From assembly GCA_963737655.1 (NCBI GenBank), contig CAVTTN010000002.1, positions 4,640,001-4,704,000 of the forward strand: a DNA stretch of 64,000 nt. The letters run 5' to 3'. This DNA is from an uncultured Planctomycetota bacterium. Its GTDB lineage: Bacteria > Planctomycetota > Planctomycetia > Isosphaerales > Isosphaeraceae. Below the pieces are notes generated by a model, which ran no database searches, was not told the DNA's origin, and was given only the letters and a program-made list of their open reading frames with translations. A program made the position numbers and the translations under genes. Shown here piece by piece: positions 1 to 9,896 of this stretch; position 1 is the first letter of the stretch; each line of letters opens with the position of its first letter.

Positions 1-117
1 CTCGCCGCGTTCCTGTTCAGCGTGGGGGTGTACGGCTTCGCCCTGCTCGCGATGCTCATCCCGGCCGTGAGCGACTTCGACATCGCCCTCGGCCGGACCA
101 ACGCCATCCAGGGATGA
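1..117 (+). CDS. 3' end of a membrane protein (partial, possibly an ABC permease)
   Basis: Frame 1 reads LAAFLFSVGVYGFALLAMLIPAVSDFDIALGRTNAIQG*; hydrophobic; truncated by the window edge. Confidence 0.55.
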   Translation, partial: LAAFLFSVGVYGFALLAMLIPAVSDFDIALGRTNAIQG

Positions 118-120
118 TCC

Positions 121-191
121 CGTAGGGTGCATGAAATGCACCGGCTTCGATTGACGAGGGATCGAAGCCGGTGCATTTCCTGCACCCTACG
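121..191. repeat. GTAG-type REP inverted pair (REPIN-like hairpin) between convergent genes
   Basis: CGTAGGGTGCATGAAATGCACCGGCTTCGAT...ATCGAAGCCGGTGCATTTCCTGCACCCTACG, near-perfect 31-bp arms; partial copies at 43661 and 46501. Confidence 0.8.
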
Positions 192-645
192 GCGCCTTCC
201 TCAACGCGTCCGGCACGGGCTTCCCGGCCAGATAATAGACATATGCCGCGACGGCCCGCCGATCCTCCTCGGGCAACCACGCCTTCCAGCCGGTCATCGA
301 CGTGCCGGGAACCCCGTCGGCGATCACTCGGAGGACATCGGCCGGCGTCTCGCCATGTTTCCAGGGCCCGGAGAAGTCGCGGGGCTTCGGCGGGGCCATC
401 GTCGCCGAAAGCGGGCCGTCCCCCCGACCGTTCGGGCCATGGCAAGTCACGCACCGGCCCAGATACGCCTCGCGACCGGCCACGAGCAAGGAATCGCCCG
501 CGATCTCGGCCGGAGGGGGCCCCGGTTTCGGCTTCAGGAACGAATAGCCCCCCACGGCCGCCGCAAGCAGCAAGAGCATGCCGAGGAAGATCCACCGAGA
601 GGCCGCCGGGTCGATCCCCAGGTCGGCCGGCCGAGGCTCGTCCAC
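187..645 (-). CDS. membrane-anchored c-type cytochrome
   Basis: N-terminal TM helix, CVTCH heme motif, distal 'GTSM' Met; GTG start inferred. Confidence 0.85.
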   Translation of the reverse strand: MDEPRPADLGIDPAASRWIFLGMLLLLAAAVGGYSFLKPKPGPPPAEIAGDSLLVAGREAYLGRCVTCHGPNGRGDGPLSATMAPPKPRDFSGPWKHGETPADVLRVIADGVPGTSMTGWKAWLPEEDRRAVAAYVYYLAGKPVPDALRKAP

Positions 646-753
646 CTTACGTCCCTCCCGATGCGGGCCCCAGTCCGGGGCCCGCGACCGAGGGAGTGTA
701 GGCGGACGAGGGCCGGGACTCAAGCCGTCGGCCGACCGGCGATCGTCCGCGCC

Positions 754-1185
754 TCAGCGGCGGCCCTTCGCCTTCTTGGGCGTCGCCGGGTTGTTGTCCA
801 TGTTCATGGCGCGGGTGAAGTCCTCGTCCCGGTAGATGTGGACCGGGTCCATGCCCAGGATCATGTACTTGACCTCCTTCGGCCCGGGGTCGCCCTTGAG
901 GGTCAGGGTGACGTCGAAGGTCTGCGTCCCCTCGCCCGTGGACTCTCCGCGAACGGCATAGTCGATCAGGGCCTTGCCGGCCTTCCATTCGAAGTCCGTG
1001 GCCTCGATCTTCGCCCCTTCCGCTTGGAGGCTGGCGGCGGGCTTGCCCGCCTTCCAGGCGTCCAGCGCGGTCTGGAGCGCCTGGCGGGCGTCGGCGACCG
1101 AGGGTAAGGGGGCCGGCCCCCCCCCTCCGCAGCCGGCCAGGGCGATCACGAGGGGCAACGACCCGAGGATTCGTCGTCGGTTCAT
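754..1185 (-). CDS. lipoprotein associated with DUF1559 gene
   Basis: MNRRR...LAGC lipobox; 'ALQTALDAWKAG' motif; paralog at 3111-3618. Confidence 0.8.
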   Translation of the reverse strand: MNRRRILGSLPLVIALAGCGGGGPAPLPSVADARQALQTALDAWKAGKPAASLQAEGAKIEATDFEWKAGKALIDYAVRGESTGEGTQTFDVTLTLKGDPGPKEVKYMILGMDPVHIYRDEDFTRAMNMDNNPATPKKAKGRR

Positions 1186-1207
1186 CGACGGGGCTCCCGA
1201 TCGAGAT

Positions 1208-2266
1208 TCAATAGGCATCGCCGGGGATCACCTCGCCGCCGGACCGGGTGCCCAGGGCCCTCCACGTGGCCATCGCCACGCCGTTCTTGACGAACCGGAC
1301 CGAGCCGTCTCCCATCATCACGTTCACCCCGCCGGGGTGCTGGCTGCTGGGCGGGACCTGCATCGGCATGTTCGCCATCGATCCGGGGAAGCCCGTGCCC
1401 GCGCACGTCTTGCCGTTGGGCGTGGTCACGTGGTTGTACGACGTGCAGCACATCTCGCCCATGACCCAGCTCATCCCCTGGCGGCGAGTCAGCCGCGTGC
1501 TGGTCAGCGGGTTGAGCGCCTGGCACGCCTGGTAGGTGGCCGTCACGCCGTCGGGGACCAGGCTGATCGACCCGGACATGATCATCGAGTCCGACCGGGA
1601 GTCGGAGTCGTTCTTGTCGTTGCCCTTGATCTTCTCGCTGAAGAACGCCGTGCTGCTCAGGCCGTCGGTGATGTCGGCCATCCTCACGGCGCTCTGGTAG
1701 TAGAAGATCCCCTGCATCTGCTCGGCGGGGGCGACCGTCGAGGGGACCGACTCGCTGAGGTCGCACGCCCAGGACTGGAGGTTCCCCAGGTAATTGTTCC
1801 CCCCCGGCCACTCGCCCAGCAGCGACGAGCTGGCGTCCGACGGGCACAGGAACGCGCTGATCTGCACCCGGCAGGAGGTCGCGTTCTCCCGATTGGTGTT
1901 CTGATAGGCCGGCATGAACGGCACGTCCCCGGCCATCCCGGGCGTCTCGGGCGCGAGGCTGAAGTTGATGCTGTTGAATACGTTGCCCTGCTCGATGAAC
2001 AGAAGGAGCTGGCTATGGGCCGACCATCGCGCATAGGCGGAGGCGCCGGGATAGTTCAGGCCCTTGCCGAACGGCAGGACGCTGAAGGTGCTGACGTAGT
2101 TGTGCAGGGCCAGGCCGATCTGCTTCAGGTTGTTCGTGCACTGGGCGCGTCGGCCCGCCTCCCTCGCCGCCTGGACGGCCGGCAACAGCAGGGCGATCAG
2201 GATGCCGATGATCGCGATCACCACGAGCAGCTCGATGAGCGTGAAACCCCGGCGAATGCGGGACAT
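1208..2266 (-). CDS. DUF1559 family prepilin-type N-terminal cleavage/methylation protein
   Basis: [31 protein letters not shown]...[15 protein letters not shown] and C-terminal [16 protein letters not shown] (H-X9-DG). Confidence 0.95.
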   Translation of the reverse strand: MSRIRRGFTLIELLVVIAIIGILIALLLPAVQAAREAGRRAQCTNNLKQIGLALHNYVSTFSVLPFGKGLNYPGASAYARWSAHSQLLLFIEQGNVFNSINFSLAPETPGMAGDVPFMPAYQNTNRENATSCRVQISAFLCPSDASSSLLGEWPGGNNYLGNLQSWACDLSESVPSTVAPAEQMQGIFYYQSAVRMADITDGLSSTAFFSEKIKGNDKNDSDSRSDSMIMSGSISLVPDGVTATYQACQALNPLTSTRLTRRQGMSWVMGEMCCTSYNHVTTPNGKTCAGTGFPGSMANMPMQVPPSSQHPGGVNVMMGDGSVRFVKNGVAMATWRALGTRSGGEVIPGDAY

Positions 2267-2495
2267 GGGACGCCTCTCGATCGAAGAATGAGGAGATCGT
2301 GAAGGGATGCGCGAAGACGGAGGCCCGGTCGCCGCCGCCAGCCGCGAGGAGGGACCGGGGCGCCTGAGTCGGGATCACGGCCCGACGAGACGGGGCAACG
2401 ACCTGGCGACGATTCGTTCCCTGGTGGATGACGAATCGAGGCCATGTCGGCCCGCCGTCTCGTCGGGAGCGACGACGAGATGGGGCGGATGAGGC

Positions 2496-2904
2496 TCAGG
2501 AGGGGCGTCGAGGGGGGCGATCGACGTTGGAGGATCGGCCGATCGGATCGAGGGAGGGAGACGCCGCGAGGTGACCGACGGGGCGGCAGTCCCGATCCGG
2601 ACGGGGCGAGGTCTCGGCGAGGAGGTCCGGCCTCGGGGCCGGGGAGGAGGTCTCCGCCAGGGGGGACGGCGAAGGCCGGGAGCAGGCCGTCCCGTTGCAT
2701 TGCGGCGACGGGTGGCCCATCGGTGCCGGATCGCCGTCGAGGGCGCCGAGGCGGGCGAGGCCCTCCAGGTAGGCCGGGGCGTGCGACCGCTCGTCCGAGC
2801 ATCCGGCGCGTCGGCCGGGTCGTGCCGAGCATGGCCGCCCCGCAGAGGACGGCCAGGATCGCCAAGCGTGGGGACCGGAGGCCGCCGACGGCCCGGGAGA
2901 TCAT
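2496..2904 (-). CDS. small exported Cys/Pro-rich hypothetical protein (frameshifted)
   Basis: Signal-like N-terminus (RLAILAVLCGAAMLG) joins a second frame ending CNGTACS...DRPPRRPS. Confidence 0.4.
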
Positions 2905-3110
2905 CCCGCCTGGAACCTCGCTTGAAGGAGGGGGGAGAAGGCCGTCGGCCGGGCGTGGGCGGTCACGGCGCCAGGCCCGGCCTCGGCTCCGAGCAAATCT
3001 ACACTGGACCGTCCGCCGAGACAAGCGATATCCTGCTTGGAACGGGGGTCGGAGGGATCGTCGATCGGTCGAAACCCGGGCGAGTCCGACCCTCGGGAGA
3101 CCGTGGCTCC

Positions 3111-3618
3111 ATGACCAAACCATCGCCGGGCGCGGGCCCACCGGGTCGAGCGTCGTGCTGGACCGGGGCCCTGGCCCTTCTCCTGCTGGCTGGATGCGGC
3201 GGGGGGGAGCCGCCGCGATCGATCGTGCCCGACGCCCCGACCGGTCGGGCCGCCCTGGAGACGGCCCTGTCGGCGTGGCGGGCCGGGAAGCCGGCCGGCC
3301 GGCTCGACGTCGCCTCGCCCGGGATCCAGGTCATCGACACGTTCCGCGCCGGGCCAGTCGCTCCGGGGCTTCGAGATCCTCGCCGACGTCGCCTCGCCCC
3401 GGGCCCGGACCTTCAGCGTCCGCCTCAACCTGGCCGATCCCGAGGAGGCGCCCGTGGTGCGATTCCTGGTCGTGGGGATCGACCCGATCCTGGTCTTCCG
3501 CCAGGAAGATTATGAACTGATCTCGCATTGGGAACACAAGATGGACCCCGGAGACGAGAAGACGGCCGCCACGCCCGGCCTCGCCACCGAGCCCGGGGCC
3601 GGGGCATCCCCGAACTGA
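3111..3618 (+). CDS. lipoprotein, paralog of 754-1185 (one frameshift near 3350)
   Basis: LLAGC lipobox, 'ALETALSAWRAGKPA'; continues in another frame 'FLVVGIDPILVFRQEDY', matching 'YMILGMDPVHIYRDEDF' of the paralog. Confidence 0.75.
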
Positions 3619-3626
3619 GGTCGAGC

Positions 3627-5168
3627 ATGTCCGCGATCACCCCGCAGGACGGACAGGGCCCCTCCGACGATCGGGCCGTCCCTCTCCCGGGACGGCGGGC
3701 GAGGTGGCTCTGGGCCGCCCGGGCGGTCCAGGTCCGGCTCCGATTCCTGATCGCCCTGGTCGTGGCCTTCCTCGTCGTGGGCCGATGGGAGACGATCCGC
3801 GCCTACTGGGACCGGCTGACGGCGGCGTCATCGAATCGGTCCGACGACGGGGCCGTCTCTCCCGACACCGAATACTTCTGCCCGATGGACCCCGGCGTCC
3901 TCTCCGACTGGCCGAACAAGTGCCCCGTCTGCCACATGGCCCTGGTCCGCCGGAAGAAGGGGGACATGGGCCCCCTGCCCTCCGGGGTGCTCGCCCGGGT
4001 CCAGATCTCGCCCGATCGGTTGATGCTGGCCGGGGTCCGCACGGAGGCCGTCGGGTATCGCCCCCTGGAGCGCCGGATCGCCCTGGTGGGTGAGGTGGTC
4101 CGGGGGGCCGCGACCGGCGGCCGGCTCTCGGCGGAGATCGGGCCGGAGGAGGCATCGTGGCTCGTTGAGGCGCGGGCGGCGGAGGTCCGGCCCGACCCGC
4201 CCGACGGATCGGCCCCGACTCCGGCCCGGGTCGTCGTCATCGAGGGAGACTCCGGTCCCAGGCGGGTCGTGATCGAGTGGGCCGAGGCGCCCGGCACGCC
4301 CCGGGCCGGCCGGTTCGCCTCGGCCACGGTCCGCGTGCCGATGGCCGAGCGCGACCCGTTCCGCGGGATGCCCCGGGGGACGCCGGAGGTCCGTCCGGGC
4401 GAGCCCCGGTCCGTGTTCCTCTGTCCGGACCATCCTGACGTCGTGAAACTGGGGTCGGGGACCTGCCCGAAGGACGGATCGCCCCTGGTCCTCGCCGAGC
4501 TCGGCAAGGCGGAAAAAGTCGGATGGTGGTGCCCGATGCACCCCGCCGTCACGGCCGACTCGCCCGGCCGCGAGTGTGCCGAGTGCGGAGGGATGGCCCT
4601 GGTCCCGCGGGTCCTGCGCTTCAGCCCGCCCGGAGAGGTCCTGGCGGTCCCGGAATCGGCCGTGATCGACACCGGGGCGAGGACGGTCGTTTACGTCGAG
4701 CGGATGGCCGGCATGTTCGACGCGGTCGAGGTCCGCCTCGGGCCGAGGTGCGGCGGAGAGTTCCCGGTGGTCGAGGGCCTGGAGGCCGGCCAGAGGGTGG
4801 CGATGTCCGGGGCGTTCCTGATCGACGCCGAGACCCGGCTGAACCCGTCGCTGGCGGCGGGATACTTCGGGGCGACCCGGACCGACGCCCCCGCCCGGCC
4901 CGGCCCGGTCGCCCCGGCGCCGAAGGCCGCCCGGGCCTTGGACTTCACCGGCCTCTCGCCGGCCGATCGGGCCCGGGCGATCGAGCAGAAGGATTGCCCC
5001 GTCACCGGGAAGCCCCTGGGCTCGATGGGACCGCCGTTCCGAACGAGCGCCCGGGGGCGAGACGTCTTCCTCTGCTGCGACGGATGCGAGGACGCGCTCA
5101 AGGAGGAGCCCGAGAAGTATCTCGCCCGGATCAAGGTCCGGGCACGACCGCCGGTGGCACGCCCATGA
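3627..5168 (+). CDS. heavy-metal efflux RND periplasmic adaptor (CusB-like) with metal-binding motifs and C-terminal YHS/TRASH-like domain
   Basis: YFCPMDP..CPVCHM, CPDHP..CPKDG, WCPMHP..CAECGGM, VPESAVIDTG, SGAFLIDAE, CPVTG..FLCCDGC. Confidence 0.85.
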   Translation: MSAITPQDGQGPSDDRAVPLPGRRARWLWAARAVQVRLRFLIALVVAFLVVGRWETIRAYWDRLTAASSNRSDDGAVSPDTEYFCPMDPGVLSDWPNKCPVCHMALVRRKKGDMGPLPSGVLARVQISPDRLMLAGVRTEAVGYRPLERRIALVGEVVRGAATGGRLSAEIGPEEASWLVEARAAEVRPDPPDGSAPTPARVVVIEGDSGPRRVVIEWAEAPGTPRAGRFASATVRVPMAERDPFRGMPRGTPEVRPGEPRSVFLCPDHPDVVKLGSGTCPKDGSPLVLAELGKAEKVGWWCPMHPAVTADSPGRECAECGGMALVPRVLRFSPPGEVLAVPESAVIDTGARTVVYVERMAGMFDAVEVRLGPRCGGEFPVVEGLEAGQRVAMSGAFLIDAETRLNPSLAAGYFGATRTDAPARPGPVAPAPKAARALDFTGLSPADRARAIEQKDCPVTGKPLGSMGPPFRTSARGRDVFLCCDGCEDALKEEPEKYLARIKVRARPPVARP

Positions 5169-8100
5169 TCGACGCGATCATCGGCTTCTCGATCCGCCAT
5201 CGCGTCGCGGTGATCCTCGCCAGCCTGGTCCTGGCCGGGCTGGGGCTGCTCGGCCTCGCCGACGTGCCGATCGACGCCATCCCCGACCTCTCCGAGGACG
5301 ACGTGATCGTCTTCGCCGACTGGCCCGGCCACAGCCCCCGGGAGGTCGAGGATGGCGTGACCTACCCCCTGGCCCTGGAGCTCCAGGGCATCCGGGGCGC
5401 GAAGGCGGTCCGCTCGTCGAGCGACTTCAATTTCTCGATGATTCACGTGATCCTCGACGAATCGGTCGGCGTCGCCGAGGGGCGGCGACGAGTCGCCGAG
5501 AGGCTGGCCCGGGGCGGGGCGGAGTTCCCCCCCGGGGTGGTCCCCCGGCTCGGCCCCGACGCCCCGGCGACCGGCCAGATCTTCTGGTATACCGTCGAGG
5601 GGCCGGGGATCGACGTCTCCCGGCTCCGGGCGATCCAGGACTGGTCGGTCAAGCCCCAGCTCGCCGCGGTCCCGGGCGTGGCCGAGGTCGCCACCGTCGG
5701 CGGCGCCCCCCTGGAATATCAGGTCGAGATCGACCCGAACCGACTCAGGGCCCGCGGCGTGACCCTGCCGGAGGTCGTCGAGGCGATCGCCCGGGCCAAC
5801 GCGTCGGTCGGCGGCCACGTCGTCCACAAGGCCAACGCCGAATACCTCGTCCGGGGCGAGGCGTGGCTCGGTTCGGGATCGGGCGAGGGCACGGGGGACG
5901 TCGCGACCAGGGTCGTCCGGGACCTCGAAGCCATCCTCCTGAACGGCCCCGGAGGCCGCGCCGTCCGGGTCGCCGACGTGGCGAAGGTGGCCGTCGGTCC
6001 CGGGCCTCGCCGGGGGGTCCTGGAGAAGGACGGCGCGGACGCCGTCGGCGGGGTCGTCCTGATGGCCTCGGGCGAGAACCCCCTGGACGTCACCCGGCGG
6101 CTGAAGGCCCGGATTCGCGAGGTCGCCGCCGGGCTCCCCCCGGGCGTCTCGATCGTCCCGTTCTACGACCGCACCCCGCTGATCGAAGGGGCGATCGCCA
6201 CCGTCACGGGGACGCTGATCGAGGCCATTTTGACCGCGACGATCTGCGTCCTGGTGGTCCTCCTCCACCTCCGGGCCTCGCTGATCATCGCGATCACCCT
6301 GCCCCTGGCGGCCCTCGGGTCGTTCGCGATCATGGCGGCCCTCCGACGATCGGGCCTGGTGGAGATCCAGACCAATATCATGTCCCTGGCCGGGATCGCC
6401 ATCTCGATCGGGGTCCTCGTCGATTCCTCGGTCGTCGTGGCCGAGAACGCGATGCACGCCCTCCGCGAGCACTTCGGCGATCGGCCGGTCCGGGGGGACG
6501 TCCGACCGATCGTCCTGCCGGCGTGCCGGGCGGTGGGCCGGCCGATCTTCTTCTCGGTGGTGATCATGCTCCTCTCGTTCCTCCCGGTCTTCGCCCTGGG
6601 GGGGATCGAGGGGAAGATGTTCCGGCCCCTGGCGATCACCAAGACCCTGGCCCTGCTGACCGTCGCGGCGCTGTCGATCACGCTGGTCCCGGCCCTCTGC
6701 ACGATCTTCATCCGGGGTCGGCTGAGGCCGGAGATGGACAGCCCGATCGTCCGAGGGGTGGCCGAGGTCTACCGGCCCGTCCTGGCCTCCCTGCTCGTGA
6801 ACCCGGCCCCGCTGGTCCTGGTCCTGGGGCTCACCTTCGTGGTGGGGCTCGCGCCGGTCGGCAGCCGTCCGCTCCTGCTCTCGGCCCTGTTCCTCGCCCT
6901 GGTCGCCTGCGGGCTGACGGCGAGGACCCGGTGGGGGCGGCTCGGCGGGATGATCTCCCTGGTCGTCGCGGCCCTGGTCGCCGAATCGACGATGACCCCT
7001 CTGGGCCGGGAGTTCGTCACCCCCCTGGATGAGGGGATGATCATGGACATGCCCATCACCGTGCCCCGGGCCTCCGTGACCCAGTCCGCCGACGATTTGA
7101 AGGCCCGGGACATGGCCCTCTGCCGGTTCCCCGAGGTCGCGATGGTCGTCGGCAAGGCCGGGAGGGCCGAGACCCCCACCGACCCCGCGCCCATGGACAT
7201 GATCGAGAGCATGGTGGACTTCCGCCCCCGCGAGCTCTGGCCCCGGCGCTCGCTCCGGCCCGCGGACGCCCGCGACCTGGCCCGGGCCGTGCTCGACGCG
7301 CTCCAGTCCCGGGGCTGGATCGCCCCGGTCCGCGACCCCTCGGCGACGCTCGCCGCCGGCCTGGCGGAGATCCTCCCCCGCCTCGACGCCCAGATGCGCG
7401 AATTCGCTTATCTCAAGAACTCCGAATTCCTCCACGAGCACGCCGCCGAGCTCGGGCCGGATTCGCTCGACGGCGAGACGCCCCGGCGCCGGGAACTCTG
7501 GAGGGCCCACGTCGCGGCGCTCAATGCCGAGCTGGTCGGCCGGGCCGCCGACCTCTTCGCCCGGCTCGCCCTGGAGGAGTTCCTCGCCCGGGCCGGCGCG
7601 ACCGACCCGGCCGTCGGCGCCATCGTCGAGGAGATCCGCCGTCGCCGGGACCGCCCGCCCGCCGCATCGCGACCGTCCGAGGCCCACCACCACCAACATG
7701 GGATGAGCCGGCCGAGTGAGGCCCCGCCGATCCCCCCCCTGCCGCAGGTCGAGGCCCTCCAGGAGCAGCTCGCCTCGGCCTTCGCCCGACGCCTGATCCT
7801 CTGGCGCAAGGAGCGATCCGACCTGGTCGGCTCCGGCTCCGAGCTCGACCGCGCCGTGCAGATGCCCGGATGGTCGAACATCTGGACCATGCCGATCCAG
7901 AACCGCGTGGACATGCTCGCCACCGGCGTGAACACGACCGTGGGCGTCCGCGTCCTCGGCCGCGACCTGGATTCGGTGGTCGTGGCCTCCGAGCGGATCG
8001 CCGAGGCCCTGAAGCGCCTGCCCGGCGCCGCCGACGTGGTGGCCGACCCGATCCGGGGCAAGGGCTACCTGGAGATCCGGGCCGACCGCGCCCGCGCCGC

Positions 8101-9079
8101 CCGCCTCGGCGTGAGCGTCGGCGACCTGAACGACGCGATCGAGACGGCCCTGGGCGGACGGGTCGCGACCAGGACCGTCGAGGGGCGTGAGCGTCACCCG
8201 GTCCGCGTCCGATACGCCCGGGACTTCCGCCAGGACGAGGCCTCCGCCCGGGAGATCCTCGTGCCCACGATCGCCCGAGAACCCGACGGCCGCCCCCGGT
8301 TCGTCCGCCTGGGCGAGGTCGCCGACGTCCGGATCCTCGAGGGGCCGGCGACGATCAAGGGGGAGGCCGGCCGCGTCCGCAACTACGTCCGCCTGAACGT
8401 CCGGGGCCGGGACGCGGCGGCCTTCGTGGAGGAGGCCCGTCGCGAGGTCGCCCGGCGGGTCGTCCTGCCCCCCGACGTCACCGTGGACTGGACCGGCCAG
8501 TTCCAGAACGAGCACCGCGCCCGGAGGACGCTCGCGGTGGTCTTCCCCGTGGTCCTCTCCCTGATCTTCGGCGTCCTGTACTGGACCTATCGCGATCTGG
8601 CCGACGCGGCGATGATGCTCCTGGCCGTCCCGGGGGCGATCGCCGGCGGGATCTTCTTCCAGTGGCTCCTGGGCGTCCCCTTCTCCGTGACGGTCTGGGT
8701 CGGCTACATCGCCTGCTTCGGCATGGCGACCTCGACCGGGATCATCATGCTCGTCTACCTGCGAGACGCCGTGGCCCGAGCCGGAGGGCTGGACTCCCTG
8801 ACGGTCGAGGGCCTGCGGCTCGCGGTCCTCGACGGCGCCGCCAATCGGCTCCGCCCGAAGCTCTTGACCGAGGGGACGACGATCCTCGGCCTCGCCCCGA
8901 TGCTCTGGGCCGAGGGACCGGCCGCCGAGGTGATCCGCCCGATGGCCGCCCCGGTCCTCGGCGGCCTCCTGATCGCCGACGAGTTCATCGACCTGATGAT
9001 CCCCGTCGTCTTCTTCGCCTGGAACCGGCTGCGCCTCGCCCGCCGGGGGGCCTCGAGGAACGAGCCCGGCCCGGCCTGA
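5165..9079 (+). CDS. cusA: CusA/CzcA family heavy-metal efflux RND transporter
   Basis: DAIPDLS, LGPDAPATGQIFWY, PFYDRT, NIMSLAGIAISIGVLVDS, GKAGRAETPTDPAP, RLRPKLLT; start overlaps upstream stop. Confidence 0.9.
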   Translation: MIDAIIGFSIRHRVAVILASLVLAGLGLLGLADVPIDAIPDLSEDDVIVFADWPGHSPREVEDGVTYPLALELQGIRGAKAVRSSSDFNFSMIHVILDESVGVAEGRRRVAERLARGGAEFPPGVVPRLGPDAPATGQIFWYTVEGPGIDVSRLRAIQDWSVKPQLAAVPGVAEVATVGGAPLEYQVEIDPNRLRARGVTLPEVVEAIARANASVGGHVVHKANAEYLVRGEAWLGSGSGEGTGDVATRVVRDLEAILLNGPGGRAVRVADVAKVAVGPGPRRGVLEKDGADAVGGVVLMASGENPLDVTRRLKARIREVAAGLPPGVSIVPFYDRTPLIEGAIATVTGTLIEAILTATICVLVVLLHLRASLIIAITLPLAALGSFAIMAALRRSGLVEIQTNIMSLAGIAISIGVLVDSSVVVAENAMHALREHFGDRPVRGDVRPIVLPACRAVGRPIFFSVVIMLLSFLPVFALGGIEGKMFRPLAITKTLALLTVAALSITLVPALCTIFIRGRLRPEMDSPIVRGVAEVYRPVLASLLVNPAPLVLVLGLTFVVGLAPVGSRPLLLSALFLALVACGLTARTRWGRLGGMISLVVAALVAESTMTPLGREFVTPLDEGMIMDMPITVPRASVTQSADDLKARDMALCRFPEVAMVVGKAGRAETPTDPAPMDMIESMVDFRPRELWPRRSLRPADARDLARAVLDALQSRGWIAPVRDPSATLAAGLAEILPRLDAQMREFAYLKNSEFLHEHAAELGPDSLDGETPRRRELWRAHVAALNAELVGRAADLFARLALEEFLARAGATDPAVGAIVEEIRRRRDRPPAASRPSEAHHHQHGMSRPSEAPPIPPLPQVEALQEQLASAFARRLILWRKERSDLVGSGSELDRAVQMPGWSNIWTMPIQNRVDMLATGVNTTVGVRVLGRDLDSVVVASERIAEALKRLPGAADVVADPIRGKGYLEIRADRARAARLGVSVGDLNDAIETALGGRVATRTVEGRERHPVRVRYARDFRQDEASAREILVPTIAREPDGRPRFVRLGEVADVRILEGPATIKGEAGRVRNYVRLNVRGRDAAAFVEEARREVARRVVLPPDVTVDWTGQFQNEHRARRTLAVVFPVVLSLIFGVLYWTYRDLADAAMMLLAVPGAIAGGIFFQWLLGVPFSVTVWVGYIACFGMATSTGIIMLVYLRDAVARAGGLDSLTVEGLRLAVLDGAANRLRPKLLTEGTTILGLAPMLWAEGPAAEVIRPMAAPVLGGLLIADEFIDLMIPVVFFAWNRLRLARRGASRNEPGPA

Positions 9080-9109
9080 AGGCCGCATCGCCGGGACGTC
9101 GGCAAACTC

Positions 9110-9173
9110 AGCGGACGGGGTGGGATTCGAACTCACGGACGTTTTGAGGCGTCAGCGGTTCTCAAGACCGCCC
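9110..9173 (-). repeat. degenerate att site: 64-bp copy of the tRNA-Ser 3' part
   Basis: Matches 42963-43026 with 3 substitutions. Confidence 0.9.
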
Positions 9174-9580
9174 GAAGATCCCCCCAAGACGATGCTATCA
9201 GAAGACTTGCGGGACGTCGAGACCTCCCCGGAAGCGCCACGGTGAGCGCGGCTGGAATCCGACCAGGACCCCGCCCTGATCGCCGAGCGATGGGCCGACC
9301 TGCCCGAAGCCATCAAGGCCGGAATCCTCGCGATGGTCCGGGCCTCCGACCATCGGAAGTAAGCTTCACGGTCAATCCAAGCGCGGACCCTCCCCCTGGC
9401 CCCCTGGGAGGGTTCGGGCGAGGGCCGCATTACCGGCCCCCTGCCCCATTCGACGGGGGCCGAGCGAATCAGATGGGCCGATCGGTCGGGTGAGGATGGC
9501 GAGGGAGGAGAGGCGATCGAGACGGGACGAATTCGCGGGCGGGTTGACCCGGGCGCAAGAGTCCCCCGGTCGCCCGGGAG

Positions 9581-9700
9581 GTCGTACTGCCGGCGGATCA
9601 GCTCCCAGTTGATCGGATTCGTCTGCACCGCACGAAGATTCGCGTAGGCGTCCGGTCGGCCGACGTCCGGGCGGCGCAGCTTCTGTCTTGTGGATCGCCG
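9581..9700 (-). pseudogene. Tn3-family transposase fragment
   Basis: RQKLRRPDVGRPDAYANLRAVQTNPINWELIRRQYD resembles the Tn3 TnpA 'INWELI..QYD' segment. Confidence 0.6.
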
Positions 9701-9896
9701 GCAGTCGCTTTGAAGGAATCCGGAGCTGAGCCGCGGGGCTTGCATAGTCATCCGAGGCAAGGCGTAAGGAGTGACCGGCGTCCGCCGCTCGGGCTGGATG
9801 CGGCGGGACGCCGGTGGTCCTCAAGAATCCAGCGACTGCAGAGCCAGGAGCCGTCGCTCTGGCTGAGGGCTCGGTGATGACTGGCGGCGTTCGACT

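Noticed and set aside
4691..9136. Long antisense ORFs (e.g. 4691-9136, 43588-46407, 53815-56691, 57063-59642)
   Set aside because: Shadow frames of real genes in high-GC DNA with no recognisable motifs
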